In this document: positions 63,155-64,000 of the stretch, in pieces | Layout of the letters: each line of letters begins with the position of its first letter | How positions within the stretch are numbered: position 1 is the stretch's first letter | DNA from: Bacilli bacterium | GTDB lineage: Bacteria > Bacillota_I > Bacilli_A > RF39 > UBA660 | Length of the DNA: 64,000 bases | Reading direction: 5' to 3' | Assembly (NCBI GenBank): GCA_017511375.1 | Contig: JAFWKJ010000011.1 | Coordinates: 4,023 to 68,022 of the forward strand | Program-made: the position numbers and the translations under genes | The notes under the pieces: model-generated | The model's input: only the letters and a program-made list of their open reading frames with translations | What the model was told of the DNA's origin: nothing | Databases searched by the model: none

Positions 63155-63934
63155 TTAGTTTTTATAAAATGAAATATAATTCTTTTGATCCAAAACAAAC
63201 CAATCACATTCTTCTTCTATCATATATTCTTTTCCATCCTTCATAATAAATCTATATATTTTCGTATTATCTACACAAGATCTTTTTGTTTCAATACCAA
63301 GTTTTATTTTTTTGAAACGATTAACAATCCCCTCTATTTCTTCTTTCGTGTTATATTCTTTTGTAGAAACTCCCCCCTCACCATAGAATTCCTCAATGAC
63401 TTTTGTTACATCTTCTTCCTTAAAGCCTTTATAATTTTCATGCTCTAACAAATCAAAACACAAAGTATCATTGGCTTTATCAAATATTTCTACAATTTGT
63501 TTTATCGTTTCATTAAATCTTCTAGGATAAGCCATATAACCATGAACAGATACCGTTTGATTATCTTGCGTAACCACCTTAAAATTGTATGACTTGCCGT
63601 CTAACACGCGTGAATCTGCTTTATTAAAACCATCCCAAGAACCAGCCCGATTTTCTTGTAAAAGTTTTAGAATTTTATCTACATCCTCACGATTCATTTC
63701 TACTTCAAACAACTCATCATCAGGATAACCATCTAATTTAGAAGAAAGAATACATTTGTCATTGCATATTAAATGATAACTCACTTTTCCAAACATACTT
63801 CTACCATCTGAAAAATCATATGCAAGTTCCTTAATAGAATTAATCTCTTTTTTATTAAAAACTCCCTTAAACATAAAAAACACCACCAAAAACACTATAA
63901 TTAAAAATATAAATAAAATAAAAATCTTTTTCAT
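63155..63934 (-). CDS. Hypothetical N-terminally anchored or secreted protein
   Basis: MKKIFILFIFLIIVFLVVFFMF signal/anchor. Start at the ATG at 63934 (AAAGGAA RBS). Confidence 0.4.
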   Translation of the reverse strand: MKKIFILFIFLIIVFLVVFFMFKGVFNKKEINSIKELAYDFSDGRSMFGKVSYHLICNDKCILSSKLDGYPDDELFEVEMNREDVDKILKLLQENRAGSWDGFNKADSRVLDGKSYNFKVVTQDNQTVSVHGYMAYPRRFNETIKQIVEIFDKANDTLCFDLLEHENYKGFKEEDVTKVIEEFYGEGGVSTKEYNTKEEIEGIVNRFKKIKLGIETKRSCVDNTKIYRFIMKDGKEYMIEEECDWFVLDQKNYISFYKN

Positions 63935-64000
63935 TATAATCATTCCTTTTTCCATTTAGCATATATTTCTATATCTTGAAACCCTATCACACATTTATAT

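Noticed and set aside
1-64000. Alternative genetic code (Mollicutes-type TGA=Trp), CRISPR arrays, tRNA/rRNA genes and prophage structural genes
   Set aside because: TGA terminates ORFs (for example the ATGA junction at 15798-15801), and Trp is encoded by TGG in the long ORFs. I saw no short regularly spaced direct repeats. No intergenic region is long enough, or structured enough by eye, for tRNA or rRNA genes. No capsid, terminase or portal-like ORFs are present.

Overview
This is an AT-rich, low-GC Firmicutes-type chromosomal segment that uses the standard genetic code (TGA, TAG and TAA all act as stops). Almost every gene is on the minus strand. The right half (34.6-64 kb) is ordinary housekeeping and accessory content. 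It includes the Bacillus-like block yrzL/ireB-ruvX-yrzB-mltG-trmR-yrrN-yrrO...greA, a hybrid histidine kinase, two adenylate-forming enzymes, a CIRCE-controlled hsp20, desulfoferrodoxin and a class I Fic toxin-antitoxin pair. The main finding is a 27.5 kb array of 23 co-directional genes (7045-34509, minus strand), bracketed by intrinsic terminators. Its upstream half looks like a Tad/Flp-type type IVb pilus module: CpaB-like protein, TadA/CpaF ATPase, TadB- and TadC-like platform proteins, a 49-aa Flp-like pilin missing from the ORF track, two minor-pilin-like paralogs and a TadZ-like protein. Its downstream half looks like a minimal Gram-positive type IV secretion/conjugation module: two VirB2/TrbC-like proteins, VirB6-like, VirB3/PrgI-like, a split VirB4, a SpoIID plus cysteine-peptidase wall hydrolase and a VirD4 coupling protein. 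The array also carries a sortase-B-like gene, a 1145-aa Cys-rich secreted protein and pilin-head-like membrane proteins. I see no relaxase, integrase or prepilin peptidase anywhere in the window. At the left edge (1-2609, minus) there is an open frame absent from the ORF track. It encodes a giant type IV pilin (more than 869 aa) with a canonical G/FTLVE prepilin signal and tandem modules of about 127 aa. I recognised no rRNA, tRNA or CRISPR array.
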